Source: Octopus sinensis (taxonomy: Eukaryota). Taken from it: DNA of 64,000 nt. The position numbers and the translations under genes are program-made. The notes under the pieces are model-generated. The model did no database searches. It saw nothing but the letters and a program-made list of their open reading frames with translations, and was not told where the DNA came from. This document shows, in pieces, positions 25,607 through 40,359 of the stretch; positions within the stretch are counted from its first letter, which is position 1, and each line of letters opens with the position of its first letter. The DNA is taken from assembly GCF_006345805.1 (NCBI RefSeq), contig NC_042999.1:159092001-159156000 (forward strand). The letters run 5' to 3'.

Positions 25607-28600
25607 TATTTATACACAAAAATACATACATATATAAATACATCCATACAGAGAGAGAGAGAGAGGAAAAGAAAGAAAGAAAGAAAGAAAGAAAGAGGAG
25701 GGAGTGAGAGAGAAAAAGAAGAGTAGATACAGTAAAAAGGCGAAAATAGAAATTATATTTGTGTTATGAACAGATTTTAATTTCGTATCATTAAATTATT
25801 TAATACACCTGGAGATAACACTTGTTTATTATTTCAGTAAAGTAATAAAATTGAAATATATATATATATGCATATCGGCAGAATCATTCATTGTTTTGAT
25901 TTGCTTTCTCTGTTTGTTTGTTGACTAATGGATTCAGACATATAATGTAAATGTACTAGAATTTTTCCGTTTAAAGAGATAGAAATGCCTTGAGTTTATA
26001 TCTCCATTTAAATACGATATGAAAAATCACAATAATCGCATGATTATTTTCATTAGCTGGGGGGAATATGACGCAAAATTTATTTTCAATATATTTTTAT
26101 ATGCAAAGATCCCGAAAAACAATTCTATTAAATTTCAAATTGTTTTCAGTTACTATATATAGATTATATGTGATACTATTTCATCTAAACTGCCCGAAGC
26201 AAATTAACGTCACTTCAAGTAAGCAATGTATATGAAAATTTTATCTATAGCATGATTTGTGTGCTTTAAACATGTATGCAATTACTATGATTGGATAAAA
26301 CTAATAGAACATGCGTGTGAGAACTTGAATGCTTTCATTCGTTATAGTATCTATCCAAAATGACACATGTTTTTACTGCAGTTAATTGACAACAAAATTA
26401 TCTATTAATTTCACGTGCTCTAAGGAAAAAAAACCACCTAATTTATATCGGAAAAATATGTATGTGTAAATGTAAATTGAAAATTTACCCAGGTTGGACG
26501 GTTGTATTTCAAACCAAGAGTCTGTCAGTTATATAACTCCACTATCGATCAAATATAATATGTTACTCTATTTATACACATAACATTGTGGGGATCAATC
26601 AGAACAAATCAGAGTAAGCTGGATTCGGTGAGCAATTTAGAAATTAGTGTTATTTTACATGTTAGGCAGCTTTTATTTTATTTCATTTTTCTACTGCTTG
26701 ATTAGTATAATTTTGGTCAAATATAATTGTGGAACTGTTGATGCAGAGATGTATGACTTAATCGGGTTATATTTCTTGGACTCAGACTAGATGAAGATTT
26801 TGGTCTTTATAGCGATAGCAGTTTGTTAATTCTCTGCCATATATAAGGCTAGCAACTTGAGTGCCCTAGGGATTATCTTAATATATTTAAAGCGTTTAAT
26901 TTGAGAATTAAAATTCGTACCAGTATGAACTTTTAAAATTATATCTAATTTTAAGTCTTGAATACAGGTAAACACTGCTCTGATAGAAAGCCCAATGTAA
27001 AACTGCCATATACTTATACTATTAGTGCCCTTCCCATAGTTTAAAGACTATGTTAGATAACGTTTGTCATTTCATATCCGCATTTTATCTGGATGTCTTA
27101 TACTGATACAACGATCCTTTCAAAGAGGGTATCTTCCACGAGAAAATGCACTATATTCCAAATCAGAGTATTTCATACAACTAAAATAAATATAAATCGA
27201 TATGATTCTTTGTTTGATTGCTATTCTATCTAAAATAGAAGCAAAACCTTTTAAAACATGCAGTAGTTTATAAATGATCATGGGCATTTGCAGATTTAGA
27301 ACAGTAATTTCTTGAAAGTGAAATTCTATTTCAATATAAATTTCTTCAGCATAATCCGGAATAATAATCCGATAATTCAAAATAAAGCACCTTCGCGAAA
27401 TATGTAAATCCTTGTAACTGTGCCAGCATTAACACATGCTCATAAAATGACAAAAGTCGAAGGATCAAACTAATGTATTGTATAAAAGCTTGTTGTCCAC
27501 AGTGACATTAAATTTTCCCGCTTAATAAACTGCACTTGAAGAGATATAAACTCAAGTTATATTTACTCTTTTACAGTGTATCTGGATATTAAGAGACCGT
27601 GAAACTACCAAATTTCCCAAGATAAATATCAGGGATCGAATACATTAAATAATATTTTGCTTGCTCTGAATCACACAAGTTGTACATTTCTGATAAGTTC
27701 TGATATTGTGACCATCCTTCAAAACATTCTGAGAAAGGATTTATATTGACAGGTCATAAAAAAAGGCCCCTGGTGTGGAATTTAATCTATCCAAAGTTTA
27801 AAATGACTGTTCTTATACAACTCAAATATTTCCCAATTCTTCAAATATGTTTAAAGTTTTTCCAGTAATGTATACATGTTTGAATATGTAGGGTTCCCTT
27901 TCCTAAATTGCGGCTTCGCATTAAGGAATGTTGTACCCATAGTTTTGGGAAAAGACAAATGTCTTAAAATATTCTATGAACTGGTAAACAGTAAACTCTA
28001 TCCTAACACCTGGACATTAAATATTTACTAGTTTCGTATGTTATGTCTTACACAATTATCTCAATATATATTACATTAGTTTAATTCATTATTTAAGTGC
28101 TGATCAGCTGTTCACCTGCACTTCCATTAATCATTGCATCTTATGGTTACTTTGCAGCAGCTTTTCTTTTCTTCAGCTTTTCCTATTTGTGTGGTTGTAC
28201 GTAAATGTACGAGCTTACATATCTTTATGGCTTCATTTCTCTTATCAACATTATTGCAGTATAATAAGTTAGTACATATATACATACATAAATACACACA
28301 TGCATACAAACAAATATATATGATAGTGAATAGATAGGGATAATATATCAAGTTGTGTACTGTTTAACCTCTCTATTATAATCCAAGTTATGGCATACTG
28401 CATCGAATGGTAAGGAACAGCCTAGGACTATTGGAGGTAACCAATCCCAATGTATTTTATCCAATGGGTAAATCTTGGGTTCGCTTTGTTAGATTATCAA
28501 AAGTTTATTAAGTGTATATTCATGAACATTCAAATAAAAAAACGAGAATAATGCATCTACTACTTTTTTATCATACACTCATACGCTGGCCTTACAATTA

Positions 28601-29117
28601 AATTCTGCATATTTCATTTCTCTAAATCATATTTGACTAAGTGGCTCTTAATTGAACATATTCGAATCATGAATACTAAACTGTGTCAGGGTATATTAAG
28701 CGAACTGGAAGAAAAAAAATCAAGGACGTTCACCTTGCTAAGAGTCTATGCAGCCTTATTCAAGATGTTTGCACAATGTTGTGGTTTGAAGCGAAGTAAA
28801 TGTAAGTTGGTTCAGGCAGTGTTATATCTGGCAGGGACGATATTTTTGAGTGCAAAATATTAGAATTAAAGAAGAACGTATAGAAACCTGATTCGGCTAT
28901 AACAAAGTTTATCAGGATGATGCTATGATGACCCTAACGTATGACATTCGAATCACGCATACTAGATTGAAAATGGACATCACACTGCGAGATATCCATC
29001 CAGCAGAAACACATGTCGGACCATTGAAATTAAATATGCTACAGAATAATTGACTGTAATGATAAAAACTGAATAAATGCATTATTCTCCTTTTTCTATT
29101 TGAATTGTCATGAATTC

Positions 29118-29510
29118 AGGCGCAGGCGTGGCTGTGTGGTAAGTAGCTTGCTAACCAACCACATGGTTGCGGGTTCAGTCCCACTGCGTGGCATCTTGCG
29201 CAAGTGTCTTCTGCTATAGCCCCGGGCCGACCAATGCCTTGTGAGTGGATTTGGTAGACGGAAACTGAAAACATATATATGTGTGTGTGTGCGTTTGTGT
29301 ATCTGTGTTTGTCCCCCTAGCATTGCTTGACAACCGATGCTGGTGTGTTTACGTCCCCGTCACTTAGCGGTTCGGCAAAAGAGACCGATAGAATAAGTAC
29401 TGGGCTTACAAACAATAAGTCCCGGGGTCGATTTAATCGACTAAAGGCGGTGCTCCAGCATGGCCGCAGTCAAATGACTGAAACAAGTAAAAGAGTAAAA
29501 GAGTAAAGAG
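29118..29510 (+). mobile_element. Same abundant SINE, full length
   Basis: Colinear copy; tail gagtaaaagagtaaagag. Confidence 0.9.
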
Positions 29511-29730
29511 AATATACACTCAATAAACTTTTTTATAATCTAACAAAGCGAACCCAAGATTTACCCATTGGATAAAATAAATTGGGATTGGTTACCTCGA
29601 ATAGTCCTAAGCTGTCTCTTACCATTCGATGCAGTATGCCATAACTTGGATTATAATAGAGAGTTTAAACAGTACACACCTGGGTATATTATCCTTATCT
29701 ATTCACTATCATATATATTTGTTTGTATGC

Positions 29731-30015
29731 CTGTCATCGCCACAGATGGAGAAAGCAGGTTAAGGAGGGGATCGACACTTTTGAGAGAGCACGTATCCAG
29801 CATGAAGAACTTAAGCGAGCTGTGCGAAAGCGCACGGCTCGTATAGTGAATGGGGAAAGTTTGGTCTGCAATGTTTGCAGTCGTGTATGCTTGTCAAGAG
29901 CAGGGCTAATTAGCAACCAACGGAGCCGCAAATGCAAAATATAAGTTAGTCCTAGAGCGCACAATGTTCCTGAAGGTCGGCAATGATCTTCCTCGGTCAC
30001 AAGTGGACGGCCATC
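29731..30015 (+). mobile_element. RTE-type LINE 3' end with C-terminal Cys motif
   Basis: RWRKQVKEGIDTFE...CNVCSRVCLSRAGLISNQR; inserted inside an inverted duplication. Confidence 0.8.
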
Positions 30016-30444
30016 ATTTATGTACGTATGTATGTACTAACTTAAGCTGGCTCCTGTAGAGTGCTCTTCGTTAGGCCTGCCCAACAATGACTCTTCACGC
30101 ATTGAGTACATATTAAATTTTATTCAACCTCAGCAAAATTTTTAAGCAATGAACAATTTTCATCAAAACAATGATAAAATTTGTCGACTTGGAAATAATT
30201 GCAAAGCTAGCTGCATGATAAGCATCAGTACCACCGCCATCGCCACTACATCTGCTTTACACACACCATTCAGACCTCTGACGCCACAACCATCAATACC
30301 TTTGACTTCACCGCCTTCCTCTCCACCACCATCATCAATGTTTTTCACATCACTTACACTCACCGTCATCCCTGATCACCTCTGCTACCACCCACCACCA
30401 GCATCATCACCGCTGCCACTGTCTCTATCTCACTACAGCTCATA

Positions 30445-30665
30445 CTCTTCTCTCTCTATCCGCTCAGTCGAAGTCGACTCTCGGTCACTCGTTGGATCAG
30501 TGTCCTCCAGTCAGTTCTATCCTGGGCCGCTTCTTTCAGATTGGCTATGTCCATTCCGGTATCACTCTTAATGGTGTCAAGCCAGTGGTTTCTTGGTCGG
30601 CCTCTTCCTCTCTTGCTACTGACCATTCCGAGCATGATGTCCTTCTCCGGGGACTTTTTCATACT
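30445..30665 (-). mobile_element. RTE/BovB-like LINE 3' end
   Basis: GMVSSKRGRGRPRNHWLDTIK...AAQDRTDWRTLIQRVTESRLRLSG*. Confidence 0.85.
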
Positions 30666-30879
30666 ATTACTATCACTATTACCATCACAAAAAGGCTAAA
30701 TGTGTGTGTTAAAGAATTGTGTTCAGTATGTTCATTATTCACTCCCGCTTTTCCTCATGTACCCTTTCCTCCCTCTCTCTTATCACTACTCCCACTGCCA
30801 CCATCAACTCTGCTACTTTTAATAACATCATCATCAACTCTTCTTCATTCTGCAACGGGAGTTTGACGCGAAATATGAG

Positions 30880-31760
30880 TAGGCCGAGGATAATAACATG
30901 CGGTTTAATGAAGGAAAATTCCAAACCCTGCGCTACCAGTACACAAAGCTGAATGACATACAGACAGGATACTTTGGCTCGATAGAAACTGCAATCCCTG
31001 AATCAAAATCAGTGCGTGCGCTGGATATTGACATTAGTAATGATGCATCTTTCCAGATGCATATTGCTAATTTAACAATGAAATGCAGACGGCTAGCTGG
31101 ATGGATTCTCCGAACTTTCAGAACGAGAGAAAAGGAAACTATGTTGGTCCTCTGGACGGCATATATCCTAAGCCACTTAGACTACTGCTCTCAACTATGA
31201 TCACCACACAGTATAAAATCAATGGTGCAGCTCGAAGAAAACCAACGAAGCTAAACCAAGAAATTCGTTGCAATGCAATGCATCAGCTACTGGAAAGGAC
31301 TGAAAGAGTTAAGATACATCCACCGAGAACAAAGGTGGGAAAATATATGCAGTGATATACATCTGGAAAACGCTAGAAAGCCTTGTACCAAACTTTGGCA
31401 TTGAAAGTTATACGTAGTGCGGAATGGTTCGCTACTTCATCGTTCCAATGATCTCAACATCAACGTCTAAATACAGGACCAGATTCTGCAACAGCTTGGG
31501 TTTCAGGTGTACACAGCTCAAGATCCTTCCAAAATGCCTAATAGACCTGTATGGCGTGGATGTAGATGTCTTAAAAACCAAGTAAAAACCTCCTTTCAAG
31601 TGTTCAAGATGATCATAACTCACGAAGGGAAACTCAGATAAAGGCAAAGCATCGAACTCCCCCATTTACCAAATGCTACACATCAGGGAAGGTGTCAAGT
31701 AATGAAAGTGCAGCACAGCCAACGGCGGTGTCCCAAAATGACCGCAGCTTTAAAGTGGAA
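30880..31760 (+). mobile_element. CR1-group LINE 3' fragment
   Basis: NNMRFNEGKFQTL...GWILRTFRTREKETMLVLW..ILSHLDYCSQL*SP. Confidence 0.85.
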
Positions 31761-31798
31761 CAGGTTAAAGAGTTATATATATACATATGTATGTATAT

Positions 31799-33079
<1,281 letters not shown>

Positions 33080-33084
33080 CATAT

Positions 33085-33512
33085 TCTTTTATTCCTTTAT
33101 TTTTGTTTCTTTTATTTGACTGCGGCCATGCTGCAGCACCGCCTTTAGTCGAACAAATTGACCCCAGGACTTATTCTTTGTAAGCCTGCTACTTAATCTA
33201 TCGGTGTCTTTGCCGAACCGCTAGTTACAGGGACGTAAACACACCAATATCAGTTGTCAAGCGACGGTGGGGGGAGAAACACAGACACACAAACATATAC
33301 ATAAATATATACATATACACACACACACAGACATATATATATATATATATATATATGTACGACATGATTTTTCCGTTTCCTTGTAACAAATCCACTCACA
33401 AGGTTTTAGTTGGTCCGAGGCTGTAGTAGAAGAGACTTACTCAAGGTGCCACACAGTGGGTCTGAATCCGAAACCATGTGGTTGGTAAGCAAGCTCTTTA
33501 CCACATAGCCAC
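33085..33512 (-). mobile_element. Same abundant SINE, diverged
   Basis: Colinear reverse-complement copy. Confidence 0.85.
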
Positions 33513-33569
33513 TCGAGTGAGTGGACAAATGAAAAAAGGGCACTCAACCAACTTATTGGCAGTTCCATG

Positions 33570-35345
33570 TATGGATCAAGACAGTTTGATCCAAATTCAT
33601 TGGTACTCTTGAGTTTCAAGCGCGATGCTATTCGTCAGCCATTTTATTTGAATAACAGAAATTGATTATTACCGTAAGGTGGTCTGCGATTGGTCGAGGA
33701 AGGTCACATGGTGTCGTGGTTTGATGTTGGTATATGGGTTAGTTGGGAAATACTGCATGGCGAACAGGAAATTGACCACGTTGTGGACAGGAAATAGACT
33801 AGAAGTCGGTCAGGTTGTTGGGAGGAAGTAGAAAGGGGCAGCATGTGCAAGTATATAGTTCTATATGTGGGTGTGCAAACGCGCTGATATAGTCTCGCGC
33901 GCATGTGCATAAAGATGCGAGTGCATCTGTACCTGGGTGCGCACATCTGCACACGCGTGCGCGCTTGGGCGAACACGCACGCGCACACGCGCACACGCAT
34001 ACATACGCATACGAAAACATGCACAGACATACACGCATACGTATTCATTCATATGTACATATGTATATTCGCATGCATGTAAGTATGTATACCAATGTAT
34101 GCGCATACACACCTCCGCGTGCACATGCGCATTCGTACGCGGGCCTGTGCAAGTATACACGCGCAAAACAAGCATTGGGGATTGGTATGTGGCGGGGGTT
34201 GGTATGCGTTGGCTGTTGGTAAACGTTGGGGATTGGTAAATGGCGATCCTGCCCATGGGTGGGTACGTAGGTAGCGGTGACCTTCGTGCAGGCGATGCAA
34301 AATAGTAGCTGGTGCTATCGCCAGTCAGAGGCCTGAAATTTGCCACAAGGGCATATCTCTGGTGACAGCAATACGATAAATCGCATTTCTTGTTGATGGA
34401 TGCTGCGGATTGTTGGAGGATATGCAGTTTTTCGCGGAGGCAGAGCTGGCAGTTGGGGGTGCCTGGTGTATATAGTGGCGCTCTGTCGACGAGAGTCTAC
34501 TTGATGCTGGATATTTCATCTCCGAGATCACGGAGTCTCCAGAGAAAACGAAACAAGGAAATATAGTCCTCTCTCCCCATGAATCTGAACGAGTACATAT
34601 GCTGGGAGTATCTTCCCTTGGTCATTAGCTGTCATACTCGTATAGTGTCTAGTAATGTCATTGGATGTTGTAAGGATGTCTGTTTGCTACGACCCATGAG
34701 AGACCAGATCTTTCTAGAGCGCACATGGTGGGGCTTTGGTAGATACAGATTAGGGTCGTGGGGGTGCATTTTCACGTCTGTTGATACGTGTAATGCTAGA
34801 TGCGATGTTGTCCAAGCAGGAGTAACTCGCCTTGACATTAAGGGGGTTGAAGAGCCTATAATACTTATGCGTGTATGTCTGTGCATGTGTGCGTATGTAT
34901 GTATGTCTGTGTGCGTGCGCGTGTGTGAGTTCGTCCAAGCGTATGTGTGTGTGCAGACTTGCACATGCGCGTCCAGGTAAATAGGCACACGCATCAATAT
35001 ACACATACACGTGAGACTATATGAGCACGTCTGCAAACCCACTATAAACTATAAACTTGCACCTGCCGCCCCTACCTACTTCACCACCCCAAAACAACCT
35101 CACCGACTTCTAGTCTATTTCCTGTCCTCCACGTGGCCAATTTCCTACTCGCCATCAGTATTTTCCAAATAACTGTTACCCATATACCAACATCAAAGCG
35201 CGACACTGCGTGACCTTCTCCGCTAATTGCAGCCGACCTTACCGTAATACTAATCACCTTCTGTTATTCAAATTCGAAATGGCTGACGACTAGCATCACG
35301 CTTGAAACTCAAGAGTACCAACGGATTTGAATCAAACTGTTTCGA

Positions 35346-35350
<5 letters not shown>
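33570..35350 (-). mobile_element. 5'-truncated PLE with a GIY-YIG C-terminal relic and inverted pseudo-LTRs, each carrying a hammerhead
   Basis: Minus strand about 34360-34560 reads SLFRFLWRLRD..IK*TLVDRAPLYTPGTPNCQLCLREKLHIL..INKK. Inverted arms 33570-34045 and 34860-35350. Confidence 0.85.
35280..35320 (+). ncRNA. Hammerhead in a PLE pseudo-LTR (mirror copy at 33601-33641 minus)
   Basis: tgg CTGACGA ..agcatcacgct.. GAAACTCAAGAGTA cca. Confidence 0.8.
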
Positions 35351-35384
<34 letters not shown>

Positions 35385-35409
35385 CTTTAGAGAGATTTAG
35401 AAATATAAA

Positions 35410-35491
<82 letters not shown>

Positions 35492-35819
35492 ATGGGTCCA
35501 TATTTAAATATACTTCTTTTTAATTATCTGCAATTTTCTTAAATAAGAAGTAACTGGTTTCTAACAATGAAAGTATTCATCGATAATAGTTTTACAAGTT
35601 GATGAGAATTGCATTTGTTTTGTACAGACTTTGAGAAAAAAATATTCAAAACAATCTGCAGCGAACGTCTCTGATTATAAATATTTTATTATGCCTTCTC
35701 TTTAAAACATCACAAAACAGTGGCCTACTTATGTCTATCCTTCATCAATCAGTTTTAAGAATTACATTGTATGTTTAAAACATTATGTGATGTTGGAAGT
35801 ACTAACGTAAGCAAATCGT

Positions 35820-36574
35820 TGGGTTTGGAAACAGTATTGTTAATATATTCCCCAGAATAATCACATAAGCAACATTTGGTGTTGCATCCTACTCTTTTTT
35901 TCATTATATTATATATAGTTTAGCGCTACCTCCTTCTGTAGGAATGAAAAAACATACTCTTCAAATTATGAATTGCTGTAACAGTTACTCTCTGAGAGAG
36001 GTTACTCTAAGTTGATGTTAAGGAAAATTGTGCATGCCTTGTTTAACAGATTTATATGGAAATCTATCTATTCCAAATGTTTGCTAACTTATACTACCCC
36101 AGTAATGCAAGTATCAAAGAGGGAAATTTCTTATACGAAATTAACATGTTAATCTAATGCAGGTCGCTCACGCTGGGGAGATGTTGGCGTTCTTCACATA
36201 GCCAGATAACCGAAGAGATGGTGTTGTGGATTTCCACCTCGGCATCCGAAACTCAGAGTTTTATCTTGGCTATTGAATAATTGTCACAAATTTTTTTTAC
36301 AGATATATATATATATATTGGAATAGATAGATTTCCATATAAATCTGTTAAACAGGGCATGCACAATTTTCCTTAACATCAATTTAGAGTAACCTCTCTC
36401 AGAGAGTAACTGTTACAGCAATTCATAATTTGAAGAGTATGTTTTTTCATTCCTACAGAAGGAGGTAGCGCTAAACTATATATAATATAATGAAAAAAAG
36501 AGTAGGATGCAACACCAAATGTTGCTTATGTGATTATTCTGGGGAATATATTAACAATACTGTTTCCAAACCCA
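35820..36574. repeat. 257-bp inverted duplication (35820-36076 / 36318-36574)
   Basis: Arms are reverse complements with about 2 mismatches by eye. Confidence 0.95.
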
Positions 36575-36707
36575 TTATATATGTATATATATATACATAC
36601 ATATATAAATACATACATACATACATACATACACACATACAGACATACATATACGACAAGAAATAATTTTTGCTTCTTTTTATTGAGACAAAAGAGTTTA
36701 TATACAT

Positions 36708-37085
36708 AGGCGCAGGATTAGCTTACCAACCAAATGATTCCTGGTTCAGTCCCACTGCGTGGCACCTTGGACAAGTGTCTTCTATTATAGTCTCGGGCCG
36801 ACCAAAGCCTTGTGAGTGGATTTGATAGATGGAAACTGAAAGAAGCCTGTCCTATATATGTATATATGTATGTATATTTGTATATATGTGTTTGTTGTGG
36901 CTGTGTTTGTCCCCCCACCATTGCTTGACAACCGATGGTGTGTTTACGTCTCAGTAACTTAGCGGCAAAAGAGAACTATAGAATAAGTACTGGGTTTACA
37001 AAGAATAGGTCCTCGGTTCGATTTGTTGTGGTGCTCCAGCATACCCGCAGTCAAATGACTGAAAAAATTAAATGAATAAAAGAAT
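36708..37085 (+). mobile_element. Same abundant SINE
   Basis: Colinear copy with small deletions. Confidence 0.85.
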
Positions 37086-37317
37086 TTTAAAATGTGTGTG
37101 TTTGCGTATATTAATTTATAAAAAAGTGAGGTGATAAAGGAATAAACGATTATCTGATGAACTTCATTAGCTGACAACTGTTTCTGCTTTAAGATGCATC
37201 GGCATAGTTAAGTTCCTGTGTAACACCTTATAGCGTCACCGGAGCCTCCGATGCTCCCATGAAGAACTCCGAAGTGCTTCATAGCATGATAATATATAGG
37301 TGGGTGGGTGTTTATAC

Positions 37318-37731
37318 TCTCTTTCTCTTTTACTCTTTTACTTGTTTCAGTCATTTGACTGCGGCCATGGTGGAGCACCGCCTTTAGTCGAGCAAATCGA
37401 CCCCGGGACTTATTCTTTGTTAGCCCAGTACTTATTCTATCGGTCTCTTTTGCTGAACCGCTAAGTGACGGGGACGTAAAAACACCAGCATCGGTTGTCA
37501 AGCAATGCTAGGGGGACAAACACAGACACACAAACACACACACATATATATATATATACATATATACGACAGGCTTCTTTCAGTTTCCGGCTACCAAATC
37601 CACTCACAAGGCATTGGTCGGCCCGGGGCTATAGCAGAAGACACTTGCCCAAGATGCCAGGCAGTGGGACTGAACTCGGAACCATGTGGTTGGTTAGCAA
37701 GCTACTTACCACACAGCCACTCCTGCGCCTA
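37318..37731 (-). mobile_element. Same abundant SINE, full length
   Basis: Colinear reverse-complement copy, tail-to-tail with the 36708 copy. Confidence 0.9.
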
Positions 37732-38179
37732 TGTTAGTGTATATGTATGAGAATGGATGCGCAGGTTAGTAGCAATGGTTGGATGTTTTGGATGGAGAAA
37801 CTGCGTGATGTATGTGTGCTTATGGGGGCAGTAGATATATATTCGTGTGTAGCCCCGAGAGGACACGATTGGGTGCAACTATCTGACATCTTTCTATTAG
37901 GAATCACTCTTCTATCTTATGAGCTAAGCCAAGGTATCGCAGCTTGTGACATATCATGCCGGGATGCACCTTATCAATAGCATTTGCGTAGTCAAGATAT
38001 ATCACATCGTCATCTGAATAGTCATAAGATGTTTAAATTTATATGTACATGTATGTATGTACGTACGTATGTATAGGTTTATATGTATCGACATGCTTCT
38101 GTGTGAATATATATGTGTATATATATACATATTCGTTATATGTGTATATTTATATATATATATATATATACATATATAT

Positions 38180-38405
38180 TTCTTTACGACCCACAAGGGG
38201 CTAAACACAGAGGGGACAAACAAGGACAGACGTAGGTATTAAGTCGATTACATCGACCCCAGTGCGTAACTGGTACTTTATTTATCGACCCCGAAAGGAT
38301 GAAAGGCAAAGTCGACCTCGTCGGAATTTGAACTCAGAACGTAGCGGCAGACGAAATGCCGCTAAGCATTTCGCCCGGCGCACTAACATTTCTGCCAGCT
38401 CGCCT
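38180..38405 (-). mobile_element. Second tRNA-derived SINE family (Meta/MESC-like domain), monomer
   Basis: A box gagctggcagaaatgttag, B box gagttcaaattcc, domain gcctttcatcctttcggggtcgataaa..agtaccag. Relatives at 39940-40357 (-), 42855-43065 (+), 53405-53520 (+) and in the array. Confidence 0.8.
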
Positions 38406-38471
38406 TATATATATGTATATATATATATATATATATAGATAGATATGAATATATATATATATATATAGATA

Positions 38472-38541
<70 letters not shown>

Positions 38542-38644
38542 AATGTAAATATGTATATGTATATATATATGTATATATGTTTGTGTGTGTGTGTGTGTAA
38601 CTGTAAATATATGAATACAGATATATTTATGTATATATTTATGT

Positions 38645-38830
38645 GGCAGCGATGCGTCTGTTTCGTAACGCCATGTCCTATCGCCACTTGCACTCCGATC
38701 CAATCCCTCCAACCAGCAGCGCGTTTCTCTCACCATCTGGGACCACGTCTCAGCTTCTGACCTCCCCACTACTTCTATCAACCTAGGTGTCCAAGCTTCT
38801 CGCAACTCGCACTTTCTACGTGAACATTTA
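38645..38830 (-). mobile_element. Degenerate RTE 3' end
   Basis: VVGRSEAETWSQMVR...LEGLDRSASGDRTWR resembles GRPRKTWxEVV...DRxxWR. Confidence 0.5.
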
Positions 38831-39608
38831 AACATATTTTAATGCACCTTGATATTCTATCATTTATAGAAAAAGTGGTACGGTTAGCCATCATTTGTTC
38901 TTTGACGACAAAGTGAATTTATTGCAATCTGTTAATATAATATACTTAACTTTAACTGTAACGGATAGACTATTTTGCATACAGTGCATGTAGTGGCGGA
39001 ATGATCAAATAGAAACGAATATTTATGTAGTTTACATTTATATATATATATATCATTATATATACATATATCATTATACATACATAAATATATATGAATA
39101 TATATATGTATATATATGATGTATGGTTATACATACATACATATATATGCATATATAAATATAAAGAAAGAAATATATGTTATAAACACATATATATATA
39201 TTACATATGCAATATATGTATATGTGTAAAGAGAGAAGCATGTATGTGTGTATGTATGTATGTATGTATGTATGCTTGTATGTTTGTTTGTTTGTTTGTA
39301 TGTATGTATGTATGTATGTTTGTTTCTTTGTATGTATGTTTGTTTGTATGTATGCTTGTTTGTTTGTATGTATATATGTATGCATTTGATTACATTTCTT
39401 TCCGTTTAATATATATATTCTCAAAATACTTTATGTCCAGTCCATTAACATCTGTTACATTATATTACCAATGTATAAATACTGCATGTCATCGCGAGAC
39501 TTAATACGCTATGCAGTCTTTGTTACTGTGTGTTTGTGAATTTAGACACCATATATATTATGATGTTATCTAATCCATTTATTTTCAAAGGTTATGGAAA
39601 TTGGTTAC

Positions 39609-39716
39609 CTGATATTCGTAGCTATTTGATAATAATACTCTGCTTTTGTATAATTCTCCAGGTTCATATAACACTGTCCCAAACCAGTGTAAGCAGACAC
39701 AAATTCAGGATATTTC
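39609..39716 (-). CDS. TMTC-like gene TPR exon: KYPEFVSAYTGLGQCYMNLENYTKAEYYYQIATNI
   Basis: Acceptor tttattgtag and donor gtaacc; 108 bp, phase 2 to 2; canonical TPR (P..AY..LG..Y.......A..YY..A). Confidence 0.88.
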
Positions 39717-40359
39717 CTACAATAAATTTTAAATTCACATGAAATTTCTATCACGGTTATCCAGGAAGTAACGAATAGCATTATTTCGCATTATATTTTA
39801 TTGGCAAATTAAAATATACAAGTGGAGACTCTGAATGATTTAAAGTTTCGATGCATTTTTAGGCTTGTGAATAATGATTAGTACGGCACCAAAGTCTATA
39901 ATAATAGCTATGATAAAAATAAAAGACACTAATAATAATGATTTCAAATTTTGGTACAAGGCTAGCAATTTCGTTAGAGTCAAGTCGACATGTTTTGCAA
40001 ACAACTTGCACATGCAAGTGCTACCAGTCGAAAACTTCGCGTACCGGAAGCCAGCAAGTGTTTGGGGTCATCAGGAGAGAATGTTACTTATTTTATCGAC
40101 CTAGAAATGATGAAAGGCAAATTCAACTTCGGTGGAATTTGAACGTAAAGACGGAAGAAATACCGCTGAGCAATTTGTCAAGCGTTCTACTATAGGCACA
40201 AGACATGAAATTTGGGGGAAGGGGGAGAGTCGATTACATCGACTACGGTGTTTCGCTTTTACTTAATTTATTGACCCCGAAAGGGTGAAAGGCAAAGTCG
40301 ACCTCGTCGGAATTTGTGCTCAGAATATAGTGACGGGCTAAATACCTATTTCTTTACTT

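Larger units (their letters stand above)
28265..30044. repeat. Inverted duplication of about 250 bp (28265-28521 / 29510-29730 + 30017-30044)
   Basis: Reverse-complement match with scattered substitutions; the right arm is split by an RTE fragment. Confidence 0.9.

Noticed and set aside
27120-28863. ORFs 27120-27380 (-) and 28633-28863 (+) as host exons
   Set aside because: No coherent splice and phase fit, and no recognisable domain.
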